Source of the DNA: Gloeomargarita sp. SRBZ-1_bins_9
Lineage (GTDB): Bacteria; Cyanobacteriota; Cyanobacteriia; Gloeomargaritales; Gloeomargaritaceae
Length of the DNA: 64,000 bases
Reading direction: 5' to 3'
Assembly: GCA_039794565.1 (NCBI GenBank)
Contig: JAUQVX010000012.1
Coordinates: 807 to 64,806 of the forward strand
Both the position numbers and the translations under genes were made by a program. Positions 1 to 10,909 of this stretch are shown here, piece by piece. Below the pieces are notes generated by a model, which saw only the letters and a list, made by a program, of their open reading frames with translations, did not search any database and was not told the origin of the DNA. Numbering within the stretch: position 1 is the first letter of the stretch; each line of letters starts with the position of its first letter.

Positions 1-1131
1 TTGGCGGTGTCGCCCAACTTTTTCGCCGAGGCCATTCGTCAGTTGGGGGCCGCCGGATTACTCTGCAACCCGCGCCAGCATCGCCTGGTGATCGAAAAAC
101 CCTTCGGTCGGGATTTGGCCACGGCCCAGGCCCTCAACCGGGTGGTGCAACAGGTGTGCCACGAGGAGCAGGTGTACCGGATTGACCATTACCTGGGGAA
201 AGAAACCGTCCAGAATTTGTTGGTGTTTCGCTTTGCCAATGCCATTTTTGAACCCCTGTGGAATCGTCAGTTTGTGGACCATGTGCAGATTACGGTGGCG
301 GAAACGGTGGGCGTAGAAGACCGGGCCGGTTATTACGAATCGGCGGGGGCACTGCGGGATATGGTGCAAAATCACGTCATGCAATTGCTGTGCCTGACGA
401 CCATGGAACCACCCAGTTCCCTCAATGCCGATAGCATTCGCAACGAAAAGGTCAAGGTTCTCCAGGCCACCCGCCTGGCCCACCAGGGATTTCATTTGGC
501 CAAGGCGGCTGTACGGGCGCAGTACAGTGCCGGCTGGATACGGGGGAAACCGGTGGTGGGCTACCGGCAAGAACCCAAAGTCCATCCCCAGTCTGTCACC
601 CCCACCTACGTGGCCCTGCATTTGCAAATTGATAACTGGCGCTGGCAGGGGGTGCCCTTTTTCCTACGCACCGGTAAACGGATGGCCAAAAAAGTGACGG
701 AGATTGCCATCCAATTCCGGGAGCCGCCCCTGAGCCTTTTCCCGTCGGTGGCCCAGCAAGCCAATCCCAACCTGTTGGTGCTGCGCATTCAACCGGATGA
801 GGGCATTTCCCTGCGGTTTGAGGCCAAGATGCCGGGGCCGGAGTTGCGCGCCCGGTCGGTGAATATGGATTTCCAATACGGCAAGACCTTTGGCATGGCC
901 AGCTCCGAGGCCTACGAACGGTTATTGCTGGATTGCCTCCTGGGGGACCAAACCCTGTTTACCCGCGCCGATGAGGTGGAAGAAGCCTGGCGGGTGATTA
1001 CACCGGCGTTGAATGTCTGGGACAACACGCCCCTGGGTACACCCCTTCCCCAGTACGAAGCTGGCACCTGGGGACCCTTAGAGGCGGAACAAATGCTCAC
1101 CGAATTAGGACGCCACTGGCGCCGGCCGTGA
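1..1131 (+). CDS. zwf: Glucose-6-phosphate 1-dehydrogenase (5' truncated by window edge)
   Basis: Motifs [46 protein letters not shown]. Confidence 0.98.
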   Translation: MAVSPNFFAEAIRQLGAAGLLCNPRQHRLVIEKPFGRDLATAQALNRVVQQVCHEEQVYRIDHYLGKETVQNLLVFRFANAIFEPLWNRQFVDHVQITVAETVGVEDRAGYYESAGALRDMVQNHVMQLLCLTTMEPPSSLNADSIRNEKVKVLQATRLAHQGFHLAKAAVRAQYSAGWIRGKPVVGYRQEPKVHPQSVTPTYVALHLQIDNWRWQGVPFFLRTGKRMAKKVTEIAIQFREPPLSLFPSVAQQANPNLLVLRIQPDEGISLRFEAKMPGPELRARSVNMDFQYGKTFGMASSEAYERLLLDCLLGDQTLFTRADEVEEAWRVITPALNVWDNTPLGTPLPQYEAGTWGPLEAEQMLTELGRHWRRP

Positions 1132-1995
1132 ATAGTTGCAAACCAGCAACTCGCTGACCTGGCCCCGGTCCTCGGCTTTGGAGTTGATCGCCCGGGCTGC
1201 TTTTAGCTCGATGCAGGGGAAATCCCCATAGAGCGCCAGGGTGAAGGCACACCAGGAATTGCTGAGCATGACATAGCAGCCCCGCCGGTGCAACTCCCGG
1301 AAAAGGGCAGCCAACTCCCGTTGTTCAGCCTCGCCAAAACCTGCCGCCGCATAGCTGGTGAAATTAGCCGTCGGGGACAGGGGGACATAGGGGGGGTCCA
1401 GGTAAATAAAATCTCCCGGTTGCGCCCAGTCTAAAACTGTGCGGAAGTCACGGCAGGTAATCGAAATGTTCCGTAGGGCATGACTATTTTGGCGCAATCG
1501 GTCGGCGTCAAAAATGCGAGGATTCCGGTAGCGACCCATCGGTACGTTGAACCGGCCCTGGCGATTGACTCGATACAACCCGTTGTAGCAGGTTTTATTC
1601 AGGTAAATCAAGCGCGCCGCCCGCTGGACAGGGGTGAGGGCCTCGGGGTCTAAACTGCGTACTCGGTAGTAGGTTTCGGCACAGTGGCTATCCCGCAGGC
1701 GCTGGAGTTCCGCCAGGAGTTCTTCCAGGTGATCGCGCACCTGGAGATAGCAGTTGATGAGTTCTGCGTTAATGTCAGACAGATAGCCATCTTGAAATGA
1801 TACTTTTCCCTGTTGCCGAAGATGAAACAAATGCCAAAACACGGCGCCTCCCCCTAAAAACGGTTCATGGTAAGCGCGAAAGCGTCGGGGGAGAAAGGGG
1901 GTCATTTGGGACAAAAGTTGGGATTTGCCCCCCGCCCACTTGAGAAACGGTGGCGGCCCCAGCGATACTGGCTGAAACGGTAATGTCAGTTGCAC
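1105..1995 (-). CDS. dam: Orphan Dam-family (D12 class) N6-adenine DNA methyltransferase, probably GATC-specific
   Basis: [15 protein letters not shown] (SAM binding), [19 protein letters not shown] and DPPY catalytic motif; GTG start; no adjacent endonuclease. Confidence 0.92.
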   Translation of the reverse strand: MQLTLPFQPVSLGPPPFLKWAGGKSQLLSQMTPFLPRRFRAYHEPFLGGGAVFWHLFHLRQQGKVSFQDGYLSDINAELINCYLQVRDHLEELLAELQRLRDSHCAETYYRVRSLDPEALTPVQRAARLIYLNKTCYNGLYRVNRQGRFNVPMGRYRNPRIFDADRLRQNSHALRNISITCRDFRTVLDWAQPGDFIYLDPPYVPLSPTANFTSYAAAGFGEAEQRELAALFRELHRRGCYVMLSNSWCAFTLALYGDFPCIELKAARAINSKAEDRGQVSELLVCNYSRPAPVAS

Positions 1996-2092
1996 CGACT
2001 ACAATAAAAATCTGTAAGGGACCTTAAGTTTTGTCCGGTGGTTACCCGCCGATTTTTACTATAGAAGAGCGCCAGGGTGGGAGGCAATACCG

Positions 2093-3256
2093 ATGGTGAC
2101 CACGGAAGCAGTTGTGGCCCTGCAGGACCCTAAGGAGGTACCCATTCACCAAATCGAATTGGAGTTAAGCCAAATTTGGTCCGGCGTCCACGGAAATGGG
2201 GAGACGGGGCCACCGGCGGTGCGGGCCGCTACGTTCACTCTGGTGGTCTATGAATCACCGGATTTGGCTGCCCCGATTGCTCCGTCCGTTGAGCGATTGG
2301 TCATCCAAAACCCCTGTCGGGTCATTCATCTGCGCCCCCAAAACGACCAGGCAGAGGTTCCCCTGTCGGCCCAGGTGGCGGCCTACTGTCCCCTGCAAAA
2401 GCGGCACCAGAGCAATTTGATCTGCTGTGAGTACATCACCCTGACGGGGGGGCGGACGGCCCTGGAACGGTCCTTGGGGTTGATCAATGCCTTGTTGATC
2501 GGCGATTTGCCAACGTATTTGTGGTGGCAGGCCCAACCCGACCCGGAGGATGTGCTGTTGCAGGGGTTGATCCACCTGCGGGAGCGGGGGGGAATGCGGC
2601 TGCTGGTGGACTCGGCGACATTCCCAGACCCGGTGTCGGGTTTGTTGGCCATCGAACGGCTGGTGCGGATGAACGTGCCCATCGCTGACTTGAACTGGGG
2701 CCGCCTCAGTACATGGCAGGAACTCACGGCGGAAGCCTTTGACCCCCCCGACCGGCGTGCCGATTTGCCCAAGATTGACCAGGTGGTGATTGACTACGAA
2801 AAGGGCAATCCGGCCCAGGCACTGTTATTTTTTGGCTGGTTGGCCAGTCGCCTGCAGTGGGTGCCCCAGTCCTACATCGTCGAGCGGAATGACTACGAAA
2901 TTCACCGGATCCTGTGCCACTCCCCCCAAGGGCAGGAAATTAAGGTGGAGTTGGTGGGTGTGCCCGTGGCCGATACCGGTTTGGTGCCGGGGGATTTGCT
3001 AGGCTTGCGCCTGGATTCGACCCAACCGGAGGCCAACTGCTGCACGGTGCTGTGTTCGGAGACCACGGGCTGTATGCGCCTAGAGGGGGGTGGCCGGGCG
3101 GCCTTTTGCCGGGTGGAACAGGTAACCACGCTACGGGATATCCCGACAGAAACTATCCTGGGACAGCAGATTCAACGCTGGGGCCAGCAAAGCGTCCTCT
3201 TCCAAGAAAGTCTGGTGGTCACGGCGGCCATTTTGCAGGCGGCCCAGACCGACTGA
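2093..3256 (+). CDS. opcA: Glucose-6-phosphate dehydrogenase assembly protein OpcA
   Basis: AATFTLVVYE, NPCRVI, YCPLQK..LICCEYITL, DLNWGRL..WQELTAEAFDPP; next to zwf. Confidence 0.95.
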   Translation: MVTTEAVVALQDPKEVPIHQIELELSQIWSGVHGNGETGPPAVRAATFTLVVYESPDLAAPIAPSVERLVIQNPCRVIHLRPQNDQAEVPLSAQVAAYCPLQKRHQSNLICCEYITLTGGRTALERSLGLINALLIGDLPTYLWWQAQPDPEDVLLQGLIHLRERGGMRLLVDSATFPDPVSGLLAIERLVRMNVPIADLNWGRLSTWQELTAEAFDPPDRRADLPKIDQVVIDYEKGNPAQALLFFGWLASRLQWVPQSYIVERNDYEIHRILCHSPQGQEIKVELVGVPVADTGLVPGDLLGLRLDSTQPEANCCTVLCSETTGCMRLEGGGRAAFCRVEQVTTLRDIPTETILGQQIQRWGQQSVLFQESLVVTAAILQAAQTD

Positions 3257-3342
3257 TGTAACGGTTTTGTCATCGAGGCGCTAGGGCAACCCGGCCTCTG
3301 GCATCATACGGTCAAGCCCTTCTCTCTGGATACCCTGGAGCG

Positions 3343-4431
3343 ATGACTGGGCGCCGGCGGTTTCTGATGATAAGTGGGCTGACAGCCCTGGTGGTGGGGG
3401 GCCGGATACCGCGGGGGTGGGCCTATGTCGAGCGGGTGCGTCCCCGATTTGCCCTGCATTTTGATGGGGCACAGCGCTTTGTCAGTGGCCGGGCACTCGT
3501 CAGGCAGGGCAATTGGCATGGTTACATTGACCACTCCGGCCATCTGGTCATCCCCTTGCGCTACACCGATGCCCGTTCCTTTAGCGAGGGGTTGGCGGCG
3601 GTCGAGGAGCAGGACAAATGGGGCTATATCAATAAAAAGGGGGATGTGGTCATTCCCTTGGTTTTCGACCGGGCGCTGGATTTTAGCGAGGGGTTGGCCG
3701 CCGTCAGTAATGACCAGCAAAAATGGGGATTTATCAATAAATCGGGTCAGCTCATAGTGCCCTACCAGTACGACCGGGTGTTGAATTTCAAAGAGGGATT
3801 GGCGGCGGTCAAACGGGGTAACAAATGGGGTTACCTCAACCGCTCCGGGCGCTTGGTGATCCCCCTGCGCTATGACAATGTGTTTAGCTTCTCCGAAGGA
3901 CTGGCCCGGGTCAAGCAGGGCAATAGCTGGAGTTTTATTGATGACAGGGGGCGGGTGGTCATCGGTGAGTACTTCCTATGGGCGCAACCGTTTCATGAGG
4001 GTTTGGCAGCCGCTAACCAGGACGGTTTGTGGGGGTTTATTAATACCCGGGGTCATTGGGAAATCGGGGCGCAGTTTCACCAGGTTCTCCGGTTCAGTGA
4101 GGGTTTGGCCGCTGTGCAATGGCAGTCCCGCTGGGGCTATATCAATCGCCAGGGCCAATTGGTGATTCCTTACCAATTTGAAGAGGCCTGGCATTTCAGC
4201 GAGGGCTTGGCCCTGGTGAAACAAAACGGCCGCTGGGGCTATGTGGACATTACCGGTGCGTTGGTGGTGCCCTGTCAATTTGACAATGCCGAATCCTTTG
4301 CCGAGGGGATGGCGCCGGTGAAATTCCAAAACGAGTGGGGCTACCTCAACCGCACCGGCCAGCCGGTGTTTCCCCCTGCCCTGCGGCTCGCCATGGAGCA
4401 ATCCCTCAGCGATATACCAGGGGATAAATAG
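3343..4431 (+). CDS. WG-repeat (KWG) protein with twin-arginine-like signal peptide
   Basis: About 9 repeats of about 35 aa (F-S-E-G-L-A-A-V...K-W-G-Y-I-N/D-x-x-G-x-x-V-I-P); N-terminus MTGRRRFL plus hydrophobic stretch. Confidence 0.9.
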   Translation: MTGRRRFLMISGLTALVVGGRIPRGWAYVERVRPRFALHFDGAQRFVSGRALVRQGNWHGYIDHSGHLVIPLRYTDARSFSEGLAAVEEQDKWGYINKKGDVVIPLVFDRALDFSEGLAAVSNDQQKWGFINKSGQLIVPYQYDRVLNFKEGLAAVKRGNKWGYLNRSGRLVIPLRYDNVFSFSEGLARVKQGNSWSFIDDRGRVVIGEYFLWAQPFHEGLAAANQDGLWGFINTRGHWEIGAQFHQVLRFSEGLAAVQWQSRWGYINRQGQLVIPYQFEEAWHFSEGLALVKQNGRWGYVDITGALVVPCQFDNAESFAEGMAPVKFQNEWGYLNRTGQPVFPPALRLAMEQSLSDIPGDK

Positions 4432-5200
4432 CCCGCCAGGCCCACACCCCCAGCAAGACCACCCACAGCACCAACCAGGCCACCAACAGGGGGGCCGCCG
4501 GGGGCCAGGCCAGGGGCCAACGCAACAGGTCCACCAGGGCCGACAGGGGCAGCAACTGGGCTAGGAAACCTAAAAGGGGGGGTAGGTTGTCCCGGGGAAA
4601 ATAGGTGCCACACAGGGTAAACATGGGTACGATCACCAGAAACGTGGGGACATTCACCTGGTCAACGGTCCGCACCAAGCCGGCGGTGACCAACCCAATG
4701 CCGCCAAACAACAGCGCTCCCAACACCAGCCACGGCAGTGACAACAGCAACCCGACCGCGGGATACAACCCCAGCAGAACGATGACCAAGCCGGTTGTCA
4801 ATCCCGCCAGCAGTCCCCGGGTGGCCGCCCACAGCCAATCCCCCAAAAATACCTCGCTAAAGGTCAAGGGGGCTGTAATCAGGGCATGCCAGGTTTTTTG
4901 CATCTGCAACCGGATAAAACTGCCATAGGCCCCTTCAAAAAAACTCTGAAACAGTACCCCTACGGCCATCATCCCCGGCCCGATAAATTGGAGATAGGTC
5001 ACCTCCTGGCCGTGGTAGTTCAAGGTGGGGATCAGGGGCGTCAGGCCAAAACCAAAGGCAATCAAGTATAAAATGGGCTCTGAGAGGGGGGGCAAACTGT
5101 TGACCAGCCAAGTGTTTTGATAGACCTTGAGGTGCCGCCGCCAAACGGAATACACCCCCCACCAACTGACATCAACGGTGAACCTTTTGTGCCAACCCAT
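4406..5200 (-). CDS. ABC-2 type transporter permease (NodJ-like)
   Basis: About six hydrophobic helices, PGMMAVGVLF, EGAYGSFIR, FTLCGTYFP; ATG at 5200 chosen over the 5281 start that overlaps gshA. Confidence 0.88.
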   Translation of the reverse strand: MGWHKRFTVDVSWWGVYSVWRRHLKVYQNTWLVNSLPPLSEPILYLIAFGFGLTPLIPTLNYHGQEVTYLQFIGPGMMAVGVLFQSFFEGAYGSFIRLQMQKTWHALITAPLTFSEVFLGDWLWAATRGLLAGLTTGLVIVLLGLYPAVGLLLSLPWLVLGALLFGGIGLVTAGLVRTVDQVNVPTFLVIVPMFTLCGTYFPRDNLPPLLGFLAQLLPLSALVDLLRWPLAWPPAAPLLVAWLVLWVVLLGVWAWRAIYPLVYR

Positions 5201-5270
5201 CCGCCGTTTACTCCTATAATGTGGCAGTGACCTGTTTCCCTGGCTTCCTAGTGTAGAGGGTGGGCTGTTG

Positions 5271-6416
5271 ATGCTGTGCAAGGGCTTTGAGGTGGAACTC
5301 TACACAGGTACGCCCCAGGGAAAGGTAGTGGGTCTGGCGGACCGGATCGTGCGGGCTTTGCCGGGGTTTGTCTGGGAACCGGACCGCCGGAATGTGGAAT
5401 ACACCACTCCCCCGCGCCAGCGCTACGAACAACTCCTGTGCGACCTGCTGCAACCCCGCCAACGGCTCCGGCAATTCCTGCGCACCTTAGGGGACTACAC
5501 CCTGATTCCTGGCAGCACCTTAGCCCTGGGGGATAGTCACGTGTTTGAGCGCTCCGACCCCCATAACCCCTACCACACCTTCATCGAACAGACCTACGGT
5601 GCGCGGGTGGTGACCGCCAGTGTGCATATCAATATCGGCATTGACGACCCGGAAACTTTATTGCGGGCCTGCCGGCTGGTACGGGTGGAAGCGCCCTTGT
5701 TTTTGGCCCTGAGTGCTTCGTCTCCTTGGCTGGATGGGCAGGTGACCGGCTGGCACAGCACCCGCTGGCAGCAATTTCCCCACACGCCACCCCATGTTCC
5801 CCTGTTTTTGGACCACCGCCATTTCATCCGCTGGACGGAGACCCAATTGCAGGCGGGCACCATGCAGAATGTACGGCATCTATGGTGCAGTGTGCGGCCC
5901 AACGGCAATCGCCGCCCCTACGACCTCAATCGCCTGGAGCTGCGTATTTGTGACCTGATCAGCGACCCGGTGCATTTACTGGCGGTGACCGCCCTACTGG
6001 AAGCCCGCTTGCTGCAGGTGCTTCAGGACTCCCGGCTCGACCCCCTACACGGCTATCCCTGGCCCCGGGTGCGTGCCGAAGAACTGCGGGTGCAAGCGGA
6101 CGCCAACGCCCGGCAGGCTGCCCGTTTGAGCTTAGATAGCATGCTGACCCACTGGCAGGATGGCCGTTCCTTACGGGCGCGGGACTGGATTGCCGATTTG
6201 TTGGACCAGGTGACCCCCATGGCCAAGGCCCAGGGATTTGCCTGTTTTTTGTCCCCCCTGCGCACCATCCTGGCCGAGGGCAACGAAGCCCAACGGTGGT
6301 TAGCGGCTATGGCCCAGGGGCAAACCCTAGCTGCAGTCTTGCAACAGGCCATCCAAACTATGCACCGGCGGGAGGTGGAACTGGCCAGCGTCCTCTGTTC
6401 TCCCCAGGCGGCTTAA
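5271..6416 (+). CDS. gshA: Glutamate--cysteine ligase (GCS2 family, cyanobacterial type)
   Basis: [46 protein letters not shown]. Confidence 0.9.
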   Translation: MLCKGFEVELYTGTPQGKVVGLADRIVRALPGFVWEPDRRNVEYTTPPRQRYEQLLCDLLQPRQRLRQFLRTLGDYTLIPGSTLALGDSHVFERSDPHNPYHTFIEQTYGARVVTASVHINIGIDDPETLLRACRLVRVEAPLFLALSASSPWLDGQVTGWHSTRWQQFPHTPPHVPLFLDHRHFIRWTETQLQAGTMQNVRHLWCSVRPNGNRRPYDLNRLELRICDLISDPVHLLAVTALLEARLLQVLQDSRLDPLHGYPWPRVRAEELRVQADANARQAARLSLDSMLTHWQDGRSLRARDWIADLLDQVTPMAKAQGFACFLSPLRTILAEGNEAQRWLAAMAQGQTLAAVLQQAIQTMHRREVELASVLCSPQAA

Positions 6417-6447
6417 AATAGAACCACACCCTAGCGATGGCAGACCT

Positions 6448-7530
6448 ATGGCGACCGTTGCCCCCGAACCCCCTATCCATCCCGACAAGCAAAAGGCCCT
6501 CAACCTGGCCATGCAGCAGATCGAAAAATCCTTTGGCAAGGGGGCGATTATGCGTCTGGGGGATGCCACCCGGATTCGCGTCGAAACGGTGCCCAGCGGC
6601 GCCCTGACCTTGGATTTGGCCCTGGGGGGTGGACTGCCTAAGGGACGCATCATCGAAATCTATGGCCCGGAAAGTTCCGGGAAGACGACGGTGGCCCTCC
6701 ATGCGGTGGCGGAGGTGCAAAAGCGGGGGGGCATCGCGGCCTTTGTGGATGCGGAGCACGCCCTGGACCCGGCCTATGCGGCGGCCTTGGGGGTAGATGT
6801 GGAGAACCTGCTGGTGTCCCAGCCGGACCACGGGGAAGCGGCCTTGGAAATCGTGGACTCTCTGGTGCGCTCGGCGGCGGTGGATATTGTGGTGGTGGAC
6901 TCGGTGGCAGCCCTGGTGCCCAAGGCGGAAATCGAGGGGGAAATGGGGGAGGCCTATGTGGGGTTGCAGGCCCGCCTGATGAGCCAAGCCCTGCGCAAAA
7001 TTACCGGCAACATCAGCAAGACTGGCTGCATTTTGATCTTTTTGAACCAACTGCGGCAGAAAATCGGCGTCACCTACGGCAACCCAGAAGTCACCACCGG
7101 CGGTAACGCCCTCAAGTTCTATGCGTCGGTGCGGTTGGATGTGCGCCGGTTGCAGACCCTCAAGCGTGGTACGGAGGAATACGGGGTTCGGGTCAAGGCG
7201 AAAGTGGCCAAGAACAAGGTGGCGCCTCCGTTCCGGCTGGCGGAATTTGACATTATTTTTGGCAAGGGGATTTCCCAGGCGGGCTGCGTGCTGGACATTG
7301 CCGAGCAGGTGGGGATTGTCAAGCGTAAGGGGGCTTGGTATAGCTATCAGGGGGAAAATCTGGCCCAGGGGCGGGAAAATGTCCTGCAACTGTTGGAGGA
7401 AAAGCCGGCTCTCCGGGAGGCGATTGAGCAGCAGGTGCGCCAGCAATTGGAGATGGGGACGGTGACCATTCCCACGGCGCCTCCCACCCCGGAAGACCTG
7501 GAACCGGAGGTGGAACCGGTTGATGCCTGA
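6448..7530 (+). CDS. recA: Recombinase A
   Basis: [12 protein letters not shown] Walker [34 protein letters not shown]. Confidence 0.99.
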   Translation: MATVAPEPPIHPDKQKALNLAMQQIEKSFGKGAIMRLGDATRIRVETVPSGALTLDLALGGGLPKGRIIEIYGPESSGKTTVALHAVAEVQKRGGIAAFVDAEHALDPAYAAALGVDVENLLVSQPDHGEAALEIVDSLVRSAAVDIVVVDSVAALVPKAEIEGEMGEAYVGLQARLMSQALRKITGNISKTGCILIFLNQLRQKIGVTYGNPEVTTGGNALKFYASVRLDVRRLQTLKRGTEEYGVRVKAKVAKNKVAPPFRLAEFDIIFGKGISQAGCVLDIAEQVGIVKRKGAWYSYQGENLAQGRENVLQLLEEKPALREAIEQQVRQQLEMGTVTIPTAPPTPEDLEPEVEPVDA

Positions 7531-8539
7531 CCCCCAGCACCAGGCCTGGTTGCAACAACTGCGTCGCCGGGAGGGGTCGTGGGTGACGTGGGGGCAGCTT
7601 TGCCAGCAGTTACACAAAGCCGGGTGGAGCGCCGAAGCCATTTTTGAGGAGACGGGCTTGGAACCGAGTACCCAAAACCAATTGATGGTGGCTAGTCAGG
7701 TGTTTGCTTCCCTACAGGCCCAACCCGATTTGCAGGCCTATTTTCAGGAACAGGGCAGCGACCTGCTGTACGAACTGCGGCTGTTGTCCCAGTCCCAGCG
7801 TTTGGCCTGCGCTGCCTATGTCCGGGATAAGGGGCTGGATGCGGCCACGACTCGGGAGGTGGTCAAGGCCATGAAGGAGTTGGGGCAGTATCGGGCGCCG
7901 CCGGAATTTAGCGACCATCCGGGGGATGCGGTGGCCTTTCAGTGCTGGCGGCTGTTGCGCCAAAAACCCACTAGCAGCGACCGGGGTCGATTACTGGCGC
8001 GGGGGTTGCGCTTTGCCCACAGCGAAGGCGCCCGGGCGGCCTTGGAAAAACTCCTGGATGTCACCCCCGGCGAGCCGTTGCCGACGCCCCCCCGTTTGCC
8101 CTGGTATCGGTGGGAATCCGCCCTGGAACAACCGGTAATACTGACGCTGGCGGGCCAGTTGCCCTTGGGTGAAACGGCTTGGCGGGAGACACCGGTGGCC
8201 CAGCCTCAGCCGCCGTTTGGGGTGGTAACGGGGGTCAGCGCGGTGGTGGCGCTACCGGGATGGCCGGTGCTGCGGACGGCCCAGGCCCCTTTGGCCCTGC
8301 TGGCAACGGGGTTGGCGGAGTTGGGGGTGGAGGAACCGGTGTTGTTGGTGGTGGACCGGCAGGCCACGGACTGGCAGGCGGAGGCCTATTTCCTGGTGGC
8401 GGAGGTGGGGCAGGTGGTGTTGCGTTGGTTTGCGGAAGCGCCGCCGGTGCCGCTGTTGGGCCGGTTGCTCCTGGCACTGCGCCCGCCGCAAGTCCTAGAC
8501 CCAACCTACCTAACGGAACCCTGGCAGTTCGAGGAGTAG
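7523..8539 (+). CDS. raf1: Rubisco accumulation factor 1
   Basis: [45 protein letters not shown]; C-terminal WQFEE acidic tail. Confidence 0.9.
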   Translation: MPDPQHQAWLQQLRRREGSWVTWGQLCQQLHKAGWSAEAIFEETGLEPSTQNQLMVASQVFASLQAQPDLQAYFQEQGSDLLYELRLLSQSQRLACAAYVRDKGLDAATTREVVKAMKELGQYRAPPEFSDHPGDAVAFQCWRLLRQKPTSSDRGRLLARGLRFAHSEGARAALEKLLDVTPGEPLPTPPRLPWYRWESALEQPVILTLAGQLPLGETAWRETPVAQPQPPFGVVTGVSAVVALPGWPVLRTAQAPLALLATGLAELGVEEPVLLVVDRQATDWQAEAYFLVAEVGQVVLRWFAEAPPVPLLGRLLLALRPPQVLDPTYLTEPWQFEE

Positions 8540-8552
8540 AAAGCGGGGGGCC

Positions 8553-9485
8553 ATGTTCCTGAGTGTGGTCATTCCCACCTACAATCGGCGGCCCATTTTG
8601 GCTAAAGCGTTGCTGGCCCTGGAGCAGCAGGACTGGCCGGGTCCCTATGAGGTGATCGTGGTGGATGACGGGTCCACGGACGATACGCTGGCCTGGTTGG
8701 CGGCCCATCAGCCGGACTTGCCCCATGTGCGCTGGTGTAGCCAAACCCACCAGGGACCGGCGGTAGCCCGCAATCTGGGGGTAGCCCAGGCGCAAGGGGA
8801 CACGATTGTCTTCATCGACAGCGACCTGGTGGTCACGCCGGTGTTTCTGCGCGCCCATGCCGAGGGCCTCCAGACGGCCTACCACAAACTAGGACACGAT
8901 AAATGTTTCACCTACGGGCGGGTGGTAAACACCTCCAACTTCGACAACCCCACCCAGGAGCGGTTTAAGTTGACGGATGTGTCGCGGGCCTTTTTCGCCA
9001 CCGGTAATGTGGCGATTGCCAAGCGTTGGCTGGAGTTGGCCGGGGGGTTTGATGCGGATTTTCAGGGCTACGGCTGGGAGGATTTGGAGCTGGGGGTGCG
9101 GTTAAAAAAGCTGGGGTTGGTGCTGATTCCCTGTCCCCAGGCGGTGGGTTATCACTGGCATCCCCCCTTTACGCTGGACCAGATTCCCCGCCTGATCGAG
9201 AAGGAGCGGCAGCGGGCGCGGATGGGGCTATTGTTTTATCAGAAACACCCCACCTGGGATGTGCGGTTGATGATTCAAATGACGTGGCTGCATTGGTGGC
9301 TGTGGGAGGTGCTGTCGTTGGGGGGCTGGCTCAACGAACGGACCCTGGCGCCGCTGATGCAGTGGCTGATCGACCGAGGGCGGCATGATTGGGCGGGGGA
9401 ACTGGCCCGGATTTTTCTCAACCGCTACCAGGTGCAGGCGGTGTACGCCGCTTACCGGGAATGGCGGCAGAACCAACGGCCATGA
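8553..9485 (+). CDS. Glycosyltransferase family 2
   Basis: SVVIPTYNR, VVDDGSTD, FIDSD (DxD), YGWEDLELG. Confidence 0.92.
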   Translation: MFLSVVIPTYNRRPILAKALLALEQQDWPGPYEVIVVDDGSTDDTLAWLAAHQPDLPHVRWCSQTHQGPAVARNLGVAQAQGDTIVFIDSDLVVTPVFLRAHAEGLQTAYHKLGHDKCFTYGRVVNTSNFDNPTQERFKLTDVSRAFFATGNVAIAKRWLELAGGFDADFQGYGWEDLELGVRLKKLGLVLIPCPQAVGYHWHPPFTLDQIPRLIEKERQRARMGLLFYQKHPTWDVRLMIQMTWLHWWLWEVLSLGGWLNERTLAPLMQWLIDRGRHDWAGELARIFLNRYQVQAVYAAYREWRQNQRP

Positions 9486-9928
9486 AGAAAATCTATTTCT
9501 ATCGCGTGGAGGAACCCTACGGCTTTTTGTCCAATTTTTCGCCCCATCCCATCGTCCTGGACGGGCAGCTGTGGCCGACGGTGGAGCATTACTACCAGGC
9601 CCAAAAGTTTGTGGGAACGCCCCATGGGGACCTGGTGGACTACATTCGGCAATTGCCCACTCCCGAGCAGGCGGCGCAAACGGGTAGAAATCCTCGCTAT
9701 CAACGGCGACCGGATTGGGACCAGGTCAAACGGGAGGTGATGCTCAAAGCGGTGCGGTGTAAGTTCCACAGCCATCCCGACTTGGCCCGGCAATTACTGG
9801 CCACCGGCGATGCGGAGCTGATCGAAAACTCGCCCACGGATTGGTACTGGGGCTGCGGCGCCGACGGACGAGGTTGCAACCACCTGGGCCGGATTCTTAT
9901 GCAGGTGCGCCAGGAGCTGCGGCGTTAG
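9482..9928 (+). CDS. NADAR (YbiA-like) N-glycosidase family protein
   Basis: FLSNF, WPTVEHYYQAQKF, W..VK..VM, KF..HP.L...LLATG, E.SP.D.YWG, N.LG.ILM.VR; ATG overlaps GT2 stop. Confidence 0.9.
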   Translation: MKKIYFYRVEEPYGFLSNFSPHPIVLDGQLWPTVEHYYQAQKFVGTPHGDLVDYIRQLPTPEQAAQTGRNPRYQRRPDWDQVKREVMLKAVRCKFHSHPDLARQLLATGDAELIENSPTDWYWGCGADGRGCNHLGRILMQVRQELRR

Positions 9929-10833
9929 CCGAGGGTGTCCCCTATCCCGTCGGCGTTGATGTAGGCCGCCAGCAGGACATCGGTGGTTTTGCCCCAGGCG
10001 ATATTGCCCTGCCGGTCCAGGCCGATGGCCCCTAAATCGCGGTCCCGTTCGGCTGCCTCCCGGAACGACCGCTCAAACGCCTCCGCCAGGGTCAGTCCAT
10101 CCGTTACCCGAATGACGATCCGTGCCGCCAGGCATTCATCAATGATGTCTTCGCCGATGCCCGTGCAACTGACGGCGGCGTCCTCATTGGCGTAGGTGCC
10201 TGCCGGCATGGCGGAATCGCTCACCCGCCCGATGCGCTCACCCCCTTTGCCGCCGGTGGAGGTGCCCGCTGACAGATGCCCCTGCCGGTCCCGGGCCACC
10301 ACACCAATGGTCCCCATCTCCGCCACCAGGTTCATCACGGCGCCGTCTTGGGTTTGCTGGACCCACTCCTGCAACCGCTGGGGGGTCACGGGGTTATAGG
10401 GGGGCATGTGCAACTCCCGGGCCAATTCCAAGGCACCCCCATCGGCAATCACCCGGTCCCGTTGGCTTTGCAGAAACTGGGCCAGTTGGATGGGGTAGCG
10501 CACCCGCTGGACATTGATGACGCCGCTAAAGGTCTGGCTATGGCCGTTCATTAAAGCGGCGCTAAGACGCGCTTGCCCGTCGGATTGCAACACCGCACCC
10601 GTACCGGCGTTAAACAGGGGGTCGTCCTCCAGCATCTGACACCCCTGCACAACAGCTGTGACCGCATCCACCCCCTCCAGGAGCTGTTCATAAACCGTGC
10701 GGGCAACCCGGTGCAGGGAGGCGCGGATAGGGGCTACCGATTGGGGGGACTTTAAGGTGGCACCGGCACCGCCGTGGATGATCACCTGGGGGCCATTTGT
10801 AGCGTCAATCCTTGCCACCTGATACGTCGCCAT
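9925..10833 (-). CDS. iaaA: Isoaspartyl peptidase / plant-type L-asparaginase
   Basis: IIHGGAG, LEDDPLFNAG.G, GTIGVVA (nucleophile Thr), GTSTGG, GRVSDS, SCTGIGE. Confidence 0.9.
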   Translation of the reverse strand: MATYQVARIDATNGPQVIIHGGAGATLKSPQSVAPIRASLHRVARTVYEQLLEGVDAVTAVVQGCQMLEDDPLFNAGTGAVLQSDGQARLSAALMNGHSQTFSGVINVQRVRYPIQLAQFLQSQRDRVIADGGALELARELHMPPYNPVTPQRLQEWVQQTQDGAVMNLVAEMGTIGVVARDRQGHLSAGTSTGGKGGERIGRVSDSAMPAGTYANEDAAVSCTGIGEDIIDECLAARIVIRVTDGLTLAEAFERSFREAAERDRDLGAIGLDRQGNIAWGKTTDVLLAAYINADGIGDTLG

Positions 10834-10909
10834 GCTCCCACCAACGCCCCTTATCGGCTACACTGACTGGTATTGATGATATGAAAAATTAGCGTTATCT
10901 AACTGGGCT

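Noticed and set aside
3500-4360. Periodic 'agcgagggttggc'-like words suggesting a CRISPR or DNA repeat array
   Set aside because: They encode the FSEGLA part of WG repeats in one open frame and vary synonymously.
4410-4620. Apparent short repeats rich in CCA/CAGG
   Set aside because: Antisense of Leu/Trp/Val codons of the ABC permease TM helices, not an independent repeat.
6417-6447. LexA box upstream of recA
   Set aside because: Only 31 nt, with no match to the cyanobacterial AGTAC-N4-GTTC-type motif.
6358-7641. 427-aa antisense ORF over recA, and similar long shadows over psbB, rnj and tkt
   Set aside because: Expected shadow ORFs from GC-rich codon bias, with no recognisable domains.
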